Positions 42,824 to 55,141 of a stretch of DNA of 64,000 nucleotides are shown piece after piece. The notes below the pieces were generated by a model, which was not told the origin of the DNA, made no database searches, and saw only the letters and a list, made by a program, of their open reading frames with translations. A program made the position numbers and the translations under genes. Origin of the DNA: Octopus vulgaris (taxonomy: Eukaryota); the NCBI GenBank assembly GCA_951406725.2, contig OX597816.1, positions 70,184,001-70,248,000 on the forward strand, given 5' to 3'. Numbering within the stretch: the stretch's first letter is position 1; every line of letters starts with the position of its first letter.

Positions 42824-43000
42824 GTTGAAACTGTAAAATTTATAAATAACAACTTATATATTTATACATAAACACATACATACAGACATATCATGATGTA
42901 TATGCATACGTAGGTATTATGCTCGTATGTATATGACACTACTTGGAAAAATTATTAATTTTTAATTAATTAATATTAGTTTTACCCTTTATTATTGTTG

Positions 43001-43029
<29 letters not shown>

Positions 43030-43050
<21 letters not shown>

Positions 43051-44825
43051 TATGACAACTCCTGCTATATCTGTGAACAATATACATCTGAGCCACTATT
43101 TGTAGAAACATATCAACAAACATTAAACTTACATACAAATATTATTTTAACAGTAATTTAGGACAACAATAGTATGACTGGGACCCACATATGTGCTGTG
43201 CACAATGCAATTCGCTGTTAATAGCCTGGATGAACAGTAAAAAAAAACCTATGCAGATCTCAATCCCTAGAGTTTTGTGTGAGCTGAAAAACCACATCAA
43301 TGTCTCACAAAGAAACTTCTATTCTATTCAAATTGCGAGTCAGCAATAAATCGGGTATCACATGATGAATCAAATCCATCAACAGTTCCACCGGCAACGA
43401 CGACAGACAGCTGTTCATCTTAACAATCCGATAGCGATGTAGAAATAGGGATATATAGCGTATATGTTCCTGAAATTGGTCATGAGGAGTTAAAGGACTT
43501 AGTGCGCAATTTGGAATTACCAATATTTAGAGGCAGACTTGCTTGGTTCCAGATTTCAAGAATGGAATCTTCTCCAACCAAACAGCAACGTTTCCCGTAT
43601 GCGTCATCGCCATTTGCATTTTTCATCATATCACATACAGAAAGAGATCGTTTGTTTTTGCCACGACTTCAGTGGTCTGAACGAAAGGATTTAACATTCG
43701 CTATATCTCAAAAGAATGGTGAATGTTCATTAACTCTTTTAAAGCTAGGCTTGAAGCAGCATTATTGCATAACGGCAATAACTGTAGTATATTTCGCTGG
43801 CTTTAATGAGACTTATTAATCAATCGAACTACTGCTAAGATTCTCGAAATATAAAGATCGTATATAGAACAATGTAGCGATCTTAAAATTGTATCGTTAC
43901 AAATGGGTTCTAGTTGGCTACACAAAACATATGCGCTTTTACGCCTATGGAACAGTAGAAATGACAAGAACCTCTCCAGAAACATGATTAGCCATCTAGA
44001 ACTGAACATGCTATTGGTAAACACAAAATGAAACACTCAGCACTTACTGACCTTCATAAAGTACATCTTCCACCATTTCACATTAAACTTGATCTTATAA
44101 AAAATTTCGCGAAGGGTAATATCATCTCGACAGTGCGTTCTAATATAGAAAGGATAAATTCAAAGGAATATTGGCAGGTGCTAAGCTAGAAGCTGGAGTT
44201 ATCATTGGACTACAAAACTGAAAATAAATGTAAGCTGGTAGAAAACTTGGGATGCAGAATGTCTTTGAAAATGTTTTTTTTACATTCTCATCTTCTTCCC
44301 GGTCTACACTCGAGTGGTAAGTGACGAGCATGGTAAGCGAGTAGACGAACAGATCTCAGTTATGGAAAGCAGATACCAACATAATTTCAACCTGAATACG
44401 ATGGAAGATTCTTGTTGGTTCCTGCAGAGAGAGAATTTGTCAAGCTACAAAGGACAAAGGAAAAGGAAACACCAAAGTTTCACTTTAAAAAAAGGGAGTT
44501 CTTTAATAACAACATAATACTAACGCGCTTTGGATGAATGGTCTGTTACAGGGATGGTAACTTCGCTAGCGGGATTCCACTGTCTTCCTTCAGTCAGAAT
44601 AAAGGGGGAAAGACATTCATGTTTACTAATTATCTAAATATACTTATCATAAAACGTAAAACGGAAAAGCCGTTTAGATGGCTTTCATAATAGAAACGGC
44701 AGGGAAAAATGAAAAATAGAAGTTTTCAGTAACAGAAAGTCTGGACGTGATTAGAAGTATTTATATATCGGATTAGAAATTAGCATCAGAAATGTGGCAG
44801 GAATCAGAAGTCTACATATCTTTAA
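43030..44825 (+). mobile_element. Decayed DNA transposon (Chapaev3-like) in intron 1 of copy 4
   Basis: VSDEHGKR..QISVMESRYQ...MEDSCWFLQRE, plus an N-terminal CYICEQYT...W.PHIC remnant. Confidence 0.65.
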
Positions 44826-45413
44826 CAACAACATAAAAAATGAAATCTACTCCCTCATACTAATAACGTATCGGACACTGTCTAATTTTAGTTCCACTGA
44901 AATGCAAACGTTTAACGTTCTTTCTACGTTATGGCCTGATATGAATATCAAACACATATATCTAAATAGACAGGTCACACTTTAAAACGCAGTAAGTATT
45001 GAAGTACGTCCAAAATACATAGATTCTGTTTCAAATTGTCCTTGAAGCTCTAGATATAACTTAGGTTTATGATGCAAAGCTGTTCTCAGTTTCTCTAGTA
45101 CATATATAAGATTCGATTTGTGTTAGTTTTCACATAATCCATAGTCAATCCTGACGAGATAAATACAAAAAATCTGGATTCGTACATTGAAAACCTATAA
45201 TCCATGAAACTCCTGTTGAAAACGAAGCATAAATAAATTAAATAATTAAATAAATTTAATTAACGAAGATAAGTTCTGCTGACGGGAGAAAAATGAATAA
45301 AGTTCCAATAAATAGTATATCAATTCAAATACATCTAGAACAAAAACCTCAAATAATTACAAACTGAAACATACACGCAAGCGTACATGCGCGCACACAC
45401 ACGCGTATATACT

Positions 45414-45484
<71 letters not shown>

Positions 45485-46121
45485 AGAGAGACAAGGGGAG
45501 AAAGGGAGGAAGGCATATGCGCTTATATTTTAGTGCTTGCGTTTTGCTTTTGCCTCAACAAAGCTTGATAACTGGTGGTGGCGTTTTTACGTCACCGAAA
45601 TAGAGCGGTTCGGCAACAGACACCGATAGAATGCGACGTAGGTAGGTGGGTTGGTGCAAGCTTGTTTGAGTGACTACGCAGTCAAATGCATTAATTTGAG
45701 AAAGTGTGTCCTACAATAACCAAGGGCCGCCGTCCATTTCTGGTGAATAAGGAAATGGTGAGGAAGCCCTGCATGTAACACAGAAATGTGTGTGTGTGTT
45801 TTGTCTGTCCTGCACCAACACTTGATAACCGGAGATGGTTTATTTATGTCACAGTAATTTTAAAATTCGGCAACTGAAAAGGGTGCAGTTAGTCTGGTGC
45901 TCAGTAGTGTGGGCGAACTGCTTATGTTAAACTGCTAGGGTTGCAGTCTAAAGACTAAAGAAAATAAAGGATGTAGATAAAGAGATAGATAGATGGATAG
46001 ATAGATAGATAGACAAATAGATAGATAGATAGATAGAGACAGACAGAGAAAAAGCAGAAAGATACATAGAGAGACAGTTAAATATAAATACAGATATGAA
46101 GATAGGAAGAATGAAACTTAC

Positions 46122-46172
46122 CAGTAAGTGCTTCTTTGTATGTGGTGTAGAAGGTAACAATGCACTTATATA
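46122..46172 (-). promoter_or_regulatory. TATA box and non-coding exon 1, copy 4
   Basis: TATATAAG at 46172-46165; cacttactg|GTAAGT donor at 46122. Confidence 0.7.
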
Positions 46173-48359
46173 AGAATCCTACGTCAAGCTGTCACAAATA
46201 TAATACATGTTTATCGCTTGTTTATTTCAATGAAAGTTTTATTATAAACCTTCAAAATAGTAATTATTGAGATTACACTTACTTTCTTCCTTGTGTCAAG
46301 TGTCACGTTTACAGGCCAAGATCCCGGCCATTATCTCCTCGCATGCATTTTCAAGGAGTAAGGAAAATACCACTACATAGAGAGATACATATACACCCAT
46401 ACATACACATACATACGCACACACGAGTTTTTTAGATTACTGTATGTGCCCAAGTTTATGAGCGTTTTTGAGTATGTATGTAAATTCACAAAAAAAAACA
46501 ACAAAAGACAAAGACAGGTGATGTAGACAACAAACAGATGTATTAGTATAACGCTAGGGAAGTGAAAAAGTTATTAACGTTCCGAGCCTACGCTCCTCTA
46601 CAGAAAGGAACACAGAAACAAGGAGAGAAAATAAAGAATGTGTAGTGGCTAGCTATATATCATGGTGAATACCGGACAGAAGGGTCACACAGGAAAGCTA
46701 GTGATACGGGGAGATAATAAAGTAGTGGTGATCCCCTTATATATAAGTATGTATCTATGTGTAAGTTTCCTTTGTGTTCGAGCTAGTCCCACCAACAGCG
46801 GTTGACAAAATTTGTTGGTGTGTTTACATCCCCGTAACTTAACGGTTAGGCAAACGGGACCGAGAGGATATGTACTAGGCTTTGAAGAATTAATAAGTCC
46901 TTGGGTTGATTTGTTCGACTAAACTTTTCAGGCTCCAGCCTGTCCGCAATTAAATGACTGTAACAAAATATAAAGGAGAGCCAATGCAACAGCTGGTACA
47001 GAGCTTGAACGGCTCCAAAGTTGATGTTTCACTATCTCTTCTCTTCCAATTTCAACTTTCTTCAAAGCATAAAGAAATAATTTTTTTAAAGGAAATTAAC
47101 GAATACATTTGAAAACTGAGTTGCCGATTTTGACGAATGGGATATCGAAAATTCAGTAATATTTTGGCCAGTAAAGTACGTTATTTGCATTTACATATTT
47201 GCATTACAAAAATTTAACATTATAATCTGTCTATAATTCAACTATCCTAAACGAAACTTTATACCATGACGACGACGACGTCACATATTTCTATATGAGT
47301 GTGTGCCTTAAAAGACGTCCATTTCTCTATAAATTATGAGGAAATATAATCACTCACTTTCTCACATGCAAATGCAGACACACAGAAAGATAATGTGTGT
47401 GTGAGAAATAGAGAGAAAGAGCGAGAGCGGGAGAAAGGTAGTGAGGACCACTTACACATACATGCAAAAAATTACATACATGAAAACACACATTTCATTC
47501 ATTCCCCCTCCCTTTCTTTCTCTCTCTTTCACACGCACACACGCACGCATGCGCACACACACGTCTATTTCATATACACGTACATACATCTTTCACTTTC
47601 TCCTCCCTTTGCATTTCTGCTCCCATTTCAAATCAAATGTCGCGTTTTCACTTTCTCCTCTTTTTCAATTTCTACTCTCTTCAAAGCATAAAGATATTTA
47701 AAAAATTCATACGGAAATTAAAGAACAATCATACGATCTACCATATGAAACACTCAACAACATTCCTGCTTCAAAAGAAAGGCTGCCGTAAAATATCATA
47801 CTTTGGCACACACACGCACGCACACACACACACATACACACACACACACATACTACTTGAAACTTCTTTATAAATTATGTTATTTCTTGTTATGTGCACG
47901 CGCAAAATTACAGCCGAAATCCAATTGAAATCATGTTTTTCTATTCTGTAATTCGTGAATTCTCTCTCTCTGTATATATTTACATACATACTTAGAAACG
48001 CACGTATGCTTGGGCACATGCACTAATCTTACAAATGTGTGTGTGTGTTTGTGTTTGTGCGCGTGTGTGTCTGTGTGTTGCGTTTGTGTGCATGTGTGTG
48101 TGTGTGTGTGTGTGCGCGTGTGTGTGCGTGTATATGTATCTCTCTATGTAGTGGTGTTTTCCTTTTTCTTTGAAAATGCATGCAAGGAGATAATGGCCAG
48201 GATCTTTACCTGTAAACGTGACACTTGACACAAGGAAGAAAGTAAGTGTAATCTCAATAATTACTATTTTGAAGGTTTATAATAAAACTTTCATTGAAAT
48301 AAACAAGCGATAAACAACTCGGAATGTATTGTATTTGTGACAGCTTGGCGTAGGATTCT

Positions 48360-48410
48360 TATATAAGAGCATTGTTACCTTCTGCACCACATATGAAGAA
48401 GCACTTACTG
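48360..48410 (+). promoter_or_regulatory. TATA box and non-coding exon 1, copy 5
   Basis: TATATAAG at 48360-48367; cacttactg|GTAAGT donor after 48410; the next acceptor is ttacag| at 48746. Confidence 0.7.
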
Positions 48411-48753
48411 GTAAGTTTCATTCTTCCTATCTTCAAATCTATTTATATCTATCTATCTCTCTATATATCTTTCTGCTTGTCTCCGTCTGTCTCTATATAT
48501 CTATCTTTGTATCTATTTGTCTATCTATCTATCTTCATCCATCATTTTCTTTAGTCATTAGACTGCAATCCTGGCAGTTTAACACGAACAGTTTGCCCAC
48601 ACTATTGAGCATCGTACTAACCTACTCCTTTTAGTTGAGTTTAATGTTTGTTGATATTTATGTATATATTTATATGCATATATAAATATACATATATATG
48701 TGGACATATACATACAAATATATGTTGGTATTTATACATCTTACAGGTTCAAC

Positions 48754-48817
48754 ATGAATTCTACACTTTCTCTCATCTTCTTCTTGGGAATATACATGAT
48801 GATTGCCCTGACCGAAG
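48754..48817 (+). CDS. Secreted Cys-rich peptide, copy 5, exon 2 (signal peptide)
   Basis: ttacag|gttcaac ATG; MNSTLSLIFFLGIYMMIALTE plus G|gtaaga. Confidence 0.85.
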
Positions 48818-50704
48818 GTAAGAAAACTGGTCACCCATTCGTTAAATGATTTTTCGACCTTTGTCTATTTGCGCATGCAAATCTAATTTTAGTGCAGAAT
48901 TTTCATAACTGTCTAGAATCAATTTTCCTGAGAATTACAATTCATACAAGTATGCTTTCTTAAAAATTCCCTATATATGAGATTCATTTTATAGATAAGA
49001 TATATCTTAATATAATCCTTAATCAATCCCTTCAGTTCAGTTTGTTCCCTTCACTCTTATTGCTTCCTTTTCATGTCTGCTTCAAAAGACCACATCTCAA
49101 TATTCACTTCGAGCAATTTCATCTCACCAATAATATTCCATTCGACGAAATTACTTAGCTCTATCCTTTCATTGGTCCGAATCACACAATTACCGATTGT
49201 TCCTTTAGGTTGGACTTAGTTCTCCATAAGTGCGATTGTGATTATCACACGGCTATGTAAATACCACATTTGGAACTAAACATAACATACTGAAACACAT
49301 AATAAACGCAATCGCATACATACATTACACATACGCTCACACGACATACACCACACAAGTATACTAAGCAAAAATTCTTCTTTTATTAAAACTCTTAATG
49401 CAACACGGAACCAAAATGTGCCTCTTCTGATTAAATGCAGATGAATGTTGGTTGCGGTGCCCTTTTCATGACTCTCAAAACCCGTCGTTCATTGCTACAT
49501 TGAGCGTTATTCATTTTGTCTTTACTGGAATGCGTAACGAATAATCGATTATTACAGGCCAAGATTCCATTGCCAATTGCAGTATCACATATATGATGGA
49601 AACCAAAATAAAGAATAAGTTTTTTTCATGATTTTCAGCATTTCCTCATTCTCAGAGACTATTTCCAAAGATATAATCACTGGAAACTTTTATTCTAAGA
49701 AGAAACACATTCCCTCTTATACACAATTGAAAACATATCAGTCCAATATCAAAAACGATGTAATGCATTTTATAAGAATGCTTAATCATTTCCTTCAGTA
49801 GAAACCTCAAGAACGCTGTTCTATCTGTCAAACAGTTCTAAATGAATCTCATGAAATCACTGGGTACCATATATTTGTAACGTTTGTCGATATTACTATC
49901 AAGAAACATGATATATCTTGCTGAAATCATCCTAATAAGTGTCATCAGTATGATCTGTCTTTTACAGTTTCAATCCTTCTCTTAACCTATTTATTCAATA
50001 TTTCGTTTCTTGAGCTGCTACTCTCTAGAATGCACTTTACATTTTAGTTTTCTCAGAATCGTGAAAATTTGGAATGTCCTATTTGAGAACCCGAGTCTGT
50101 GTAGATGTACATTAAGAACGTCTCTTCCAGCTGTATTATCACCGTCACTTAAAACATAACGTTCTATGAAAATCATCAATTGGTTTTTCTAATATATTGA
50201 TCACTGTCGTTGAAAGTGAGTAAATATTTTCGCAGGAGTAAACGTCTCGCATTTTTATTTTAAATAAAAGCGATGGTGTCTCTATTACAGCAATATAATG
50301 TTGAGTGTAAATCGCTTCATGGAATTCATCCAAATTGTCAAATAATTTAGAGCACTTAAATACATGAAAAACAGAACAATTAAAATCATAGCAGTCAGAT
50401 CAACTAATTTTGTGTCGTCTTCAATAAAGATAAAATTAGGAAGTTCAAACGACAAATTGGTATGGGTAATAGGTGACAGAATAATGGAGTTATTTAGGAT
50501 ATTATAGAGAGATATATGCGTTGAGAGTAAATTGTTTTAAACGGTGGACACGTTGAACGTTGACCTGCGCAGTAGAAACAGCGTAAAGCAGGTTTAAAGA
50601 AAGAGATGAATCTAATGAATGTAGTAAGATGCAATGTATCTTTAAATTCGTTTTTAAATATCATAAAATGCTATTTAATGACTTTTCGTATTTTCTAATT
50701 TTAG

Positions 50705-50898
50705 CCGGTGAAGTGGCATGTCGATATGATTGCAAGCCTGAGCTTACGAGCAAGAATATTGCTCTTACTTATGATACTATGGAGAAGTGTCGTCGAGAGC
50801 ACTGCAAATGTCGATATAATTGCTATTATAAATATTTCCACAGAGGAATGATATACCAGTATGAAAAGTGTGCCAGGGCTTGTCCAGATCCAAAATAA
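50705..50898 (+). CDS. Secreted Cys-rich peptide, copy 5, exon 3 (63-aa mature peptide; 85-aa precursor)
   Basis: ctaattttag|CC completes the Ala codon; GEVACRYDCKPELTSKNIALTYDTMEKCRREHCKCRYNCYYKYFHRGMIYQYEKCARACPDPK*; AATAAA at about 51128 and 51288. Confidence 0.85.
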
Positions 50899-53184
50899 AA
50901 AGGAAAGCAAAGGAAAACCAATGCAGCAGCTTGTACAGAGATTGAACTGCTTGCAAAGTTGATGTTGTACTACATACATAATTGTCAAAATGATTCAGTA
51001 AACGATGCTACGCACTTATTGGCCACATCGTCAAATGATTAACGGTTTCTGTCGATTTACAATGAGCAACCTAGTAGATAATATTTCTGTGAATAACCAT
51101 AGAGCGGCGTTGTATTTTAAAAGATTGAATAAAGAAAGATTACAAACTTATCATCCGGTCTATTGGTGCTCTATCTTTGCTCATGTCCTGCATATGTGAA
51201 CCTCCTTCAGCACTCTCGGTTTCTCCTGGGAATGCCCGTTCATAACCTGTCGCTTTTTAATAGGTTATTGGAAATTCGCTTAAAATGAATAAACTATAGA
51301 TGTATACAACCCTAGTTTGTTGTTGCTTTCTCCAGGCAGCTGGGATTTGAACTCAAGGCGCAATGAATCGAAAAATATGCATTAGAATATATCTGCCGAC
51401 GCGTCATTGTTTCTGTTACACTTCCACCTTTAGAGGAACACGAAATGAAGTATTTTGCTCAAGAAATGAGGGTGTCACCCAATCTAACCATCGTACATGT
51501 GCATCGCTGATCACTGGGAAACGTACCTTCGCACGTTAGGGATACTTACTGTGTAATAGACTGTGATGACGGCTTTAAGCGGCTCGGCTGACAAACTATA
51601 AAGTTAAAATAGTAGTTAAATTACCAGAATAAAATCGTTCAATTTTATCTTTTATCGATATACTTAATATTTAAAATAGCTGTTAAAATAGCAGTTATAG
51701 AACAGTTAAAATTGGAGAATACAGACTCTAAGATTTCTTGGACCCTTAGAGTAACCTTTTTCTTTTCAGCTGAGTGAAATGAAGCTGGCGGTAAATTTTT
51801 TAGATGAATTTGTTTGAAGTCAAAGCCTTCTAAAACGTTCCCCGTTTCTTAAAGTGATGAAACTGAAATTACCTTCAGCCAAATTAACTTCTATTGACCA
51901 CACTTTTCATTTTCCGTTTATTCTTCTGCAACATTTGAAAGCGATTGACGTAATTGTGAAATGTGAGGCTATATAAAATCTGCAAATAATATATTCTTTT
52001 ATTATTTTGTAAATCTTTGTCATTAACAGGTGCTTCATCCTCCCAAATTTTGATATAAATAAGGAGACCCCCCACTTTGTTGATGCCCTATTCGGCAAAG
52101 ATAATGTGTGATGTTCTAAAAACTGAATTTTTTTTTTTGCTACAATCTCTTCAGTGTATTCCATGATCAGAATATTCAATAATAACAGTAACGTCATTTA
52201 TACACGAAGCACTTGTTTTGACAATTTGAATATAAATATTTTTCTGAACAAATTTTGATGTACCGAATGTATTGTTTGAAGAAATAAATAAAACTCTAAG
52301 ACACAAAATCTGTAGAAACAGCTTCGAAGATCGGTAAATAACCTTAGAAACGCAAAAGTTTGGCCAGCAAGCCGCTGCAAATTATCGAGACTCTTAACAC
52401 TAAAATTCTGGCTACCTGTGCCATTAAGTTGCATGACCCCTGATAACAGATACGGTCTTTATAAGAAAGATCATCATCAGCAGCATCAGTAGCATCATCA
52501 TCATCGCAAAAAGTGTTGTCAGACTTTAGCAAAATTAAGGTGTTTGCATTCAGCGTCTATACCCATAATACATTGCCATGAAGAATGTTATAATTTTGCA
52601 GAAGCTATGGCAAATAACTTTAAATTCTTCAAAACCAGAGTTCCATCAACGAAATATTTTCTCCGGGATAATCGGTTATTTTTTCTTTACTGGATAATGT
52701 TCTATACCACTTTAAATCTGTGTGATGTGACAGAAAAATGTCTGTAATTTTATCCTCAATTCGGTGTGGAGACACACACACTCACACACACGCACATACA
52801 CACACACACACTCGCGCACACACACAAGCGTGCGCGAGAAAGTTCAATTTCAAAGCGGATCAACGGTTCATCTGGAGTCATAAGCTCCTGAGGCCGGTTT
52901 ACCAGAATATGTGGTGTCTCTATCGCTACTCTCTGAACTGAACTCCGTATTGTCGCCGAGTTACCTATTTTTCCCAACTGTTTGGACTGTAGCAACGTGA
53001 AATGAATTGCTGAGGCCAAGAATACGATGCTTCGCCGACTCCAATAATCCAACCCAGAAGATTGCAATCAAGATTGCAAAACACTAAGTTACACACCTTG
53101 TGTGTGTATGTGTATACATATATGAATATATTATGTATACACATAATATACACGTGAAAGCACGTGGTTGGATATATATAAAAA

Positions 53185-53741
53185 AATATAATAAAAGAGT
53201 GAAAAGACTACAGAAGGCTTGTTTTATAAGGTTAAAGAATATATTTAAGTCGTTATGTTAGAAAAATGTTAGAAAATTTTGTGTATAGTAACATAGATTT
53301 GGGGGAAAGACCGGTTTTGTGTAAACTTTTCAATTTCTCAAATTTCTTTACCTACATCGTGTCACGTCTTCATTATGAAGTGCAAAGAGAGTTCCAGGCA
53401 GGGGGAGGTAATAAGGGATTTCTTCTAACATTCTTATACAGAGAAACTTATCTCATTAAAAAATAAATAAATAAATAAATAAATAAAGTGATTATCTCCC
53501 TTATTCGGGAAGAAATCCCTTATTACCTCCCCCTGCCTGGAACTTCTTTTTGCACTTCGTAATGAAGGCATGACACGATGTAGGTAAAGAAGTTTGAGGA
53601 ATTGAAAAGTTTACACGAAACCGGTTTTTCTCCAAAAACTATGTTACTATACACAAAATTTCCTAACATTTTTCTAACATAACGACTTAAATATATTCTT
53701 AAACCTTATAAAACAAGCCTTCTGTAGTTTTTTCAATCTTT

Positions 53742-53750
<9 letters not shown>
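53185..53750. repeat. Long inverted repeat (arms of about 240 bp)
   Basis: About 53185-53424 is the reverse complement of about 53510-53750. Confidence 0.8.
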
Positions 53751-53783
<33 letters not shown>

Positions 53784-53791
53784 GTACATAC

Positions 53792-53827
<36 letters not shown>

Positions 53828-53857
53828 CTCTATATATATATATATATGTGTAAATGT

Positions 53858-53901
<44 letters not shown>

Positions 53902-54275
53902 TGTGTGTGTCTCTCTCTCTCTATATATATATATAACATTTACTTGTATATAACAATACAAGGCTAACAATAACGTTTAGAATAGTTAAGAACTGAACGT
54001 ATTCTCACGGAAGGGTCGGAGGTTATAGCTCAGCACCACTCAATATTGTAAATACGTGGTCTCGCTTATATCAAACACACATATATATATGGTGATTACA
54101 TATGATTTCTTTATTGCAATTAATTTGACATGCAGCTGTTTCCGACAGTTATCAGAAGAAACATTTGTAAGCAAAATTTACTGCAACAAAGAAAAATTAT
54201 GTAGTGACAATTAACTAATGCTTGTCTCAAATATAATATAAATGCGTATATATACATGTATATATACATATATAC

Positions 54276-54336
<61 letters not shown>

Positions 54337-54606
54337 ATCGAAACAAGAAAACACAGCAACGCGAGGACGTGGAACAAATAAAGTATTATTGGACGCTCAT
54401 GCAAATGGGAAGAAGGAGGGCTTAACGTTTCGAGCGGAGCTCTTCGTCGGAAACATAGGAGAAGGAAAGATCCCGAGAAGGGAAGACAGAGGAAAAAATC
54501 GGCGAAACAAATCGCTGGCGGTACTCACGAGGTCACATAATGTATATATATTTATAAATGTATGTGTGTTTGTGTGTGTGTATATGCATATACACACACA
54601 CATACA

Positions 54607-54639
<33 letters not shown>

Positions 54640-55141
54640 AAAGCTAAAATCTCTCCAGAGATCTGCGTACAAGTTGTACGTAGCCACTTCAACATGTGTC
54701 TCCGTTCGAACGTACTCTAACTCTACTGCGATTTTTAAAAATTGCGAGCTGAAGCGAGTTACGGCCATCTTTGGTAGAAGAAAACCCAAAACCAGGACTG
54801 TTCTACTGGTCCCGTTCCTTGATGGTGGTAGCGGTTAGTTCCCCTGCTCGCAGTTTATCTGATGTAGCTCTGCCTCAAAAACAAGCCGGAAGAAATGTCC
54901 TCTTAGTGTCAAAATTATTGCGGTAGAGTCCATTCAAACGGACAGACATGTAGAAGTGGATACGAATAATACTTGCTTGATATATATATATATATATATA
55001 TATACGATGGGTTTCTTTTCAGTTTCCGTCTAGCAAATTCACTCACAAGGCTTCGGTCGGTCCGACGCTACAGTTGAAAACACTTGCCCAAGGTGGCTCG
55101 CAGTTGGACTGAACCCAGAACAATGTAATTCGTAAGCAAGC

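Noticed and set aside
48393-48410. Upstream ATG in exon 1 of copies 5 and 6
   Set aside because: Out of frame with the signal peptide, absent in copy 4, and at or near the presumed transcription start.
49880-49960. CTGATGA on the minus strand in intron 2
   Set aside because: No GAAA or stems follow, so it is not a hammerhead.
50629-50704. N-terminal extension MQCIFKFVFKYHKMLFNDFSYFLIL of the 89-aa ORFs (also in the ORFs ending at 36443 and 40927 and starting at 61281)
   Set aside because: It is the intron 3' end (ctaat branch point, ttttag acceptor); a proper phase-compatible signal exon lies upstream.
51005-51199. 64-aa ORF repeated at 40356 and 61658
   Set aside because: It lies in the duplicated 3' UTR; the start is not conserved in copy 3 and it has no recognisable protein features.
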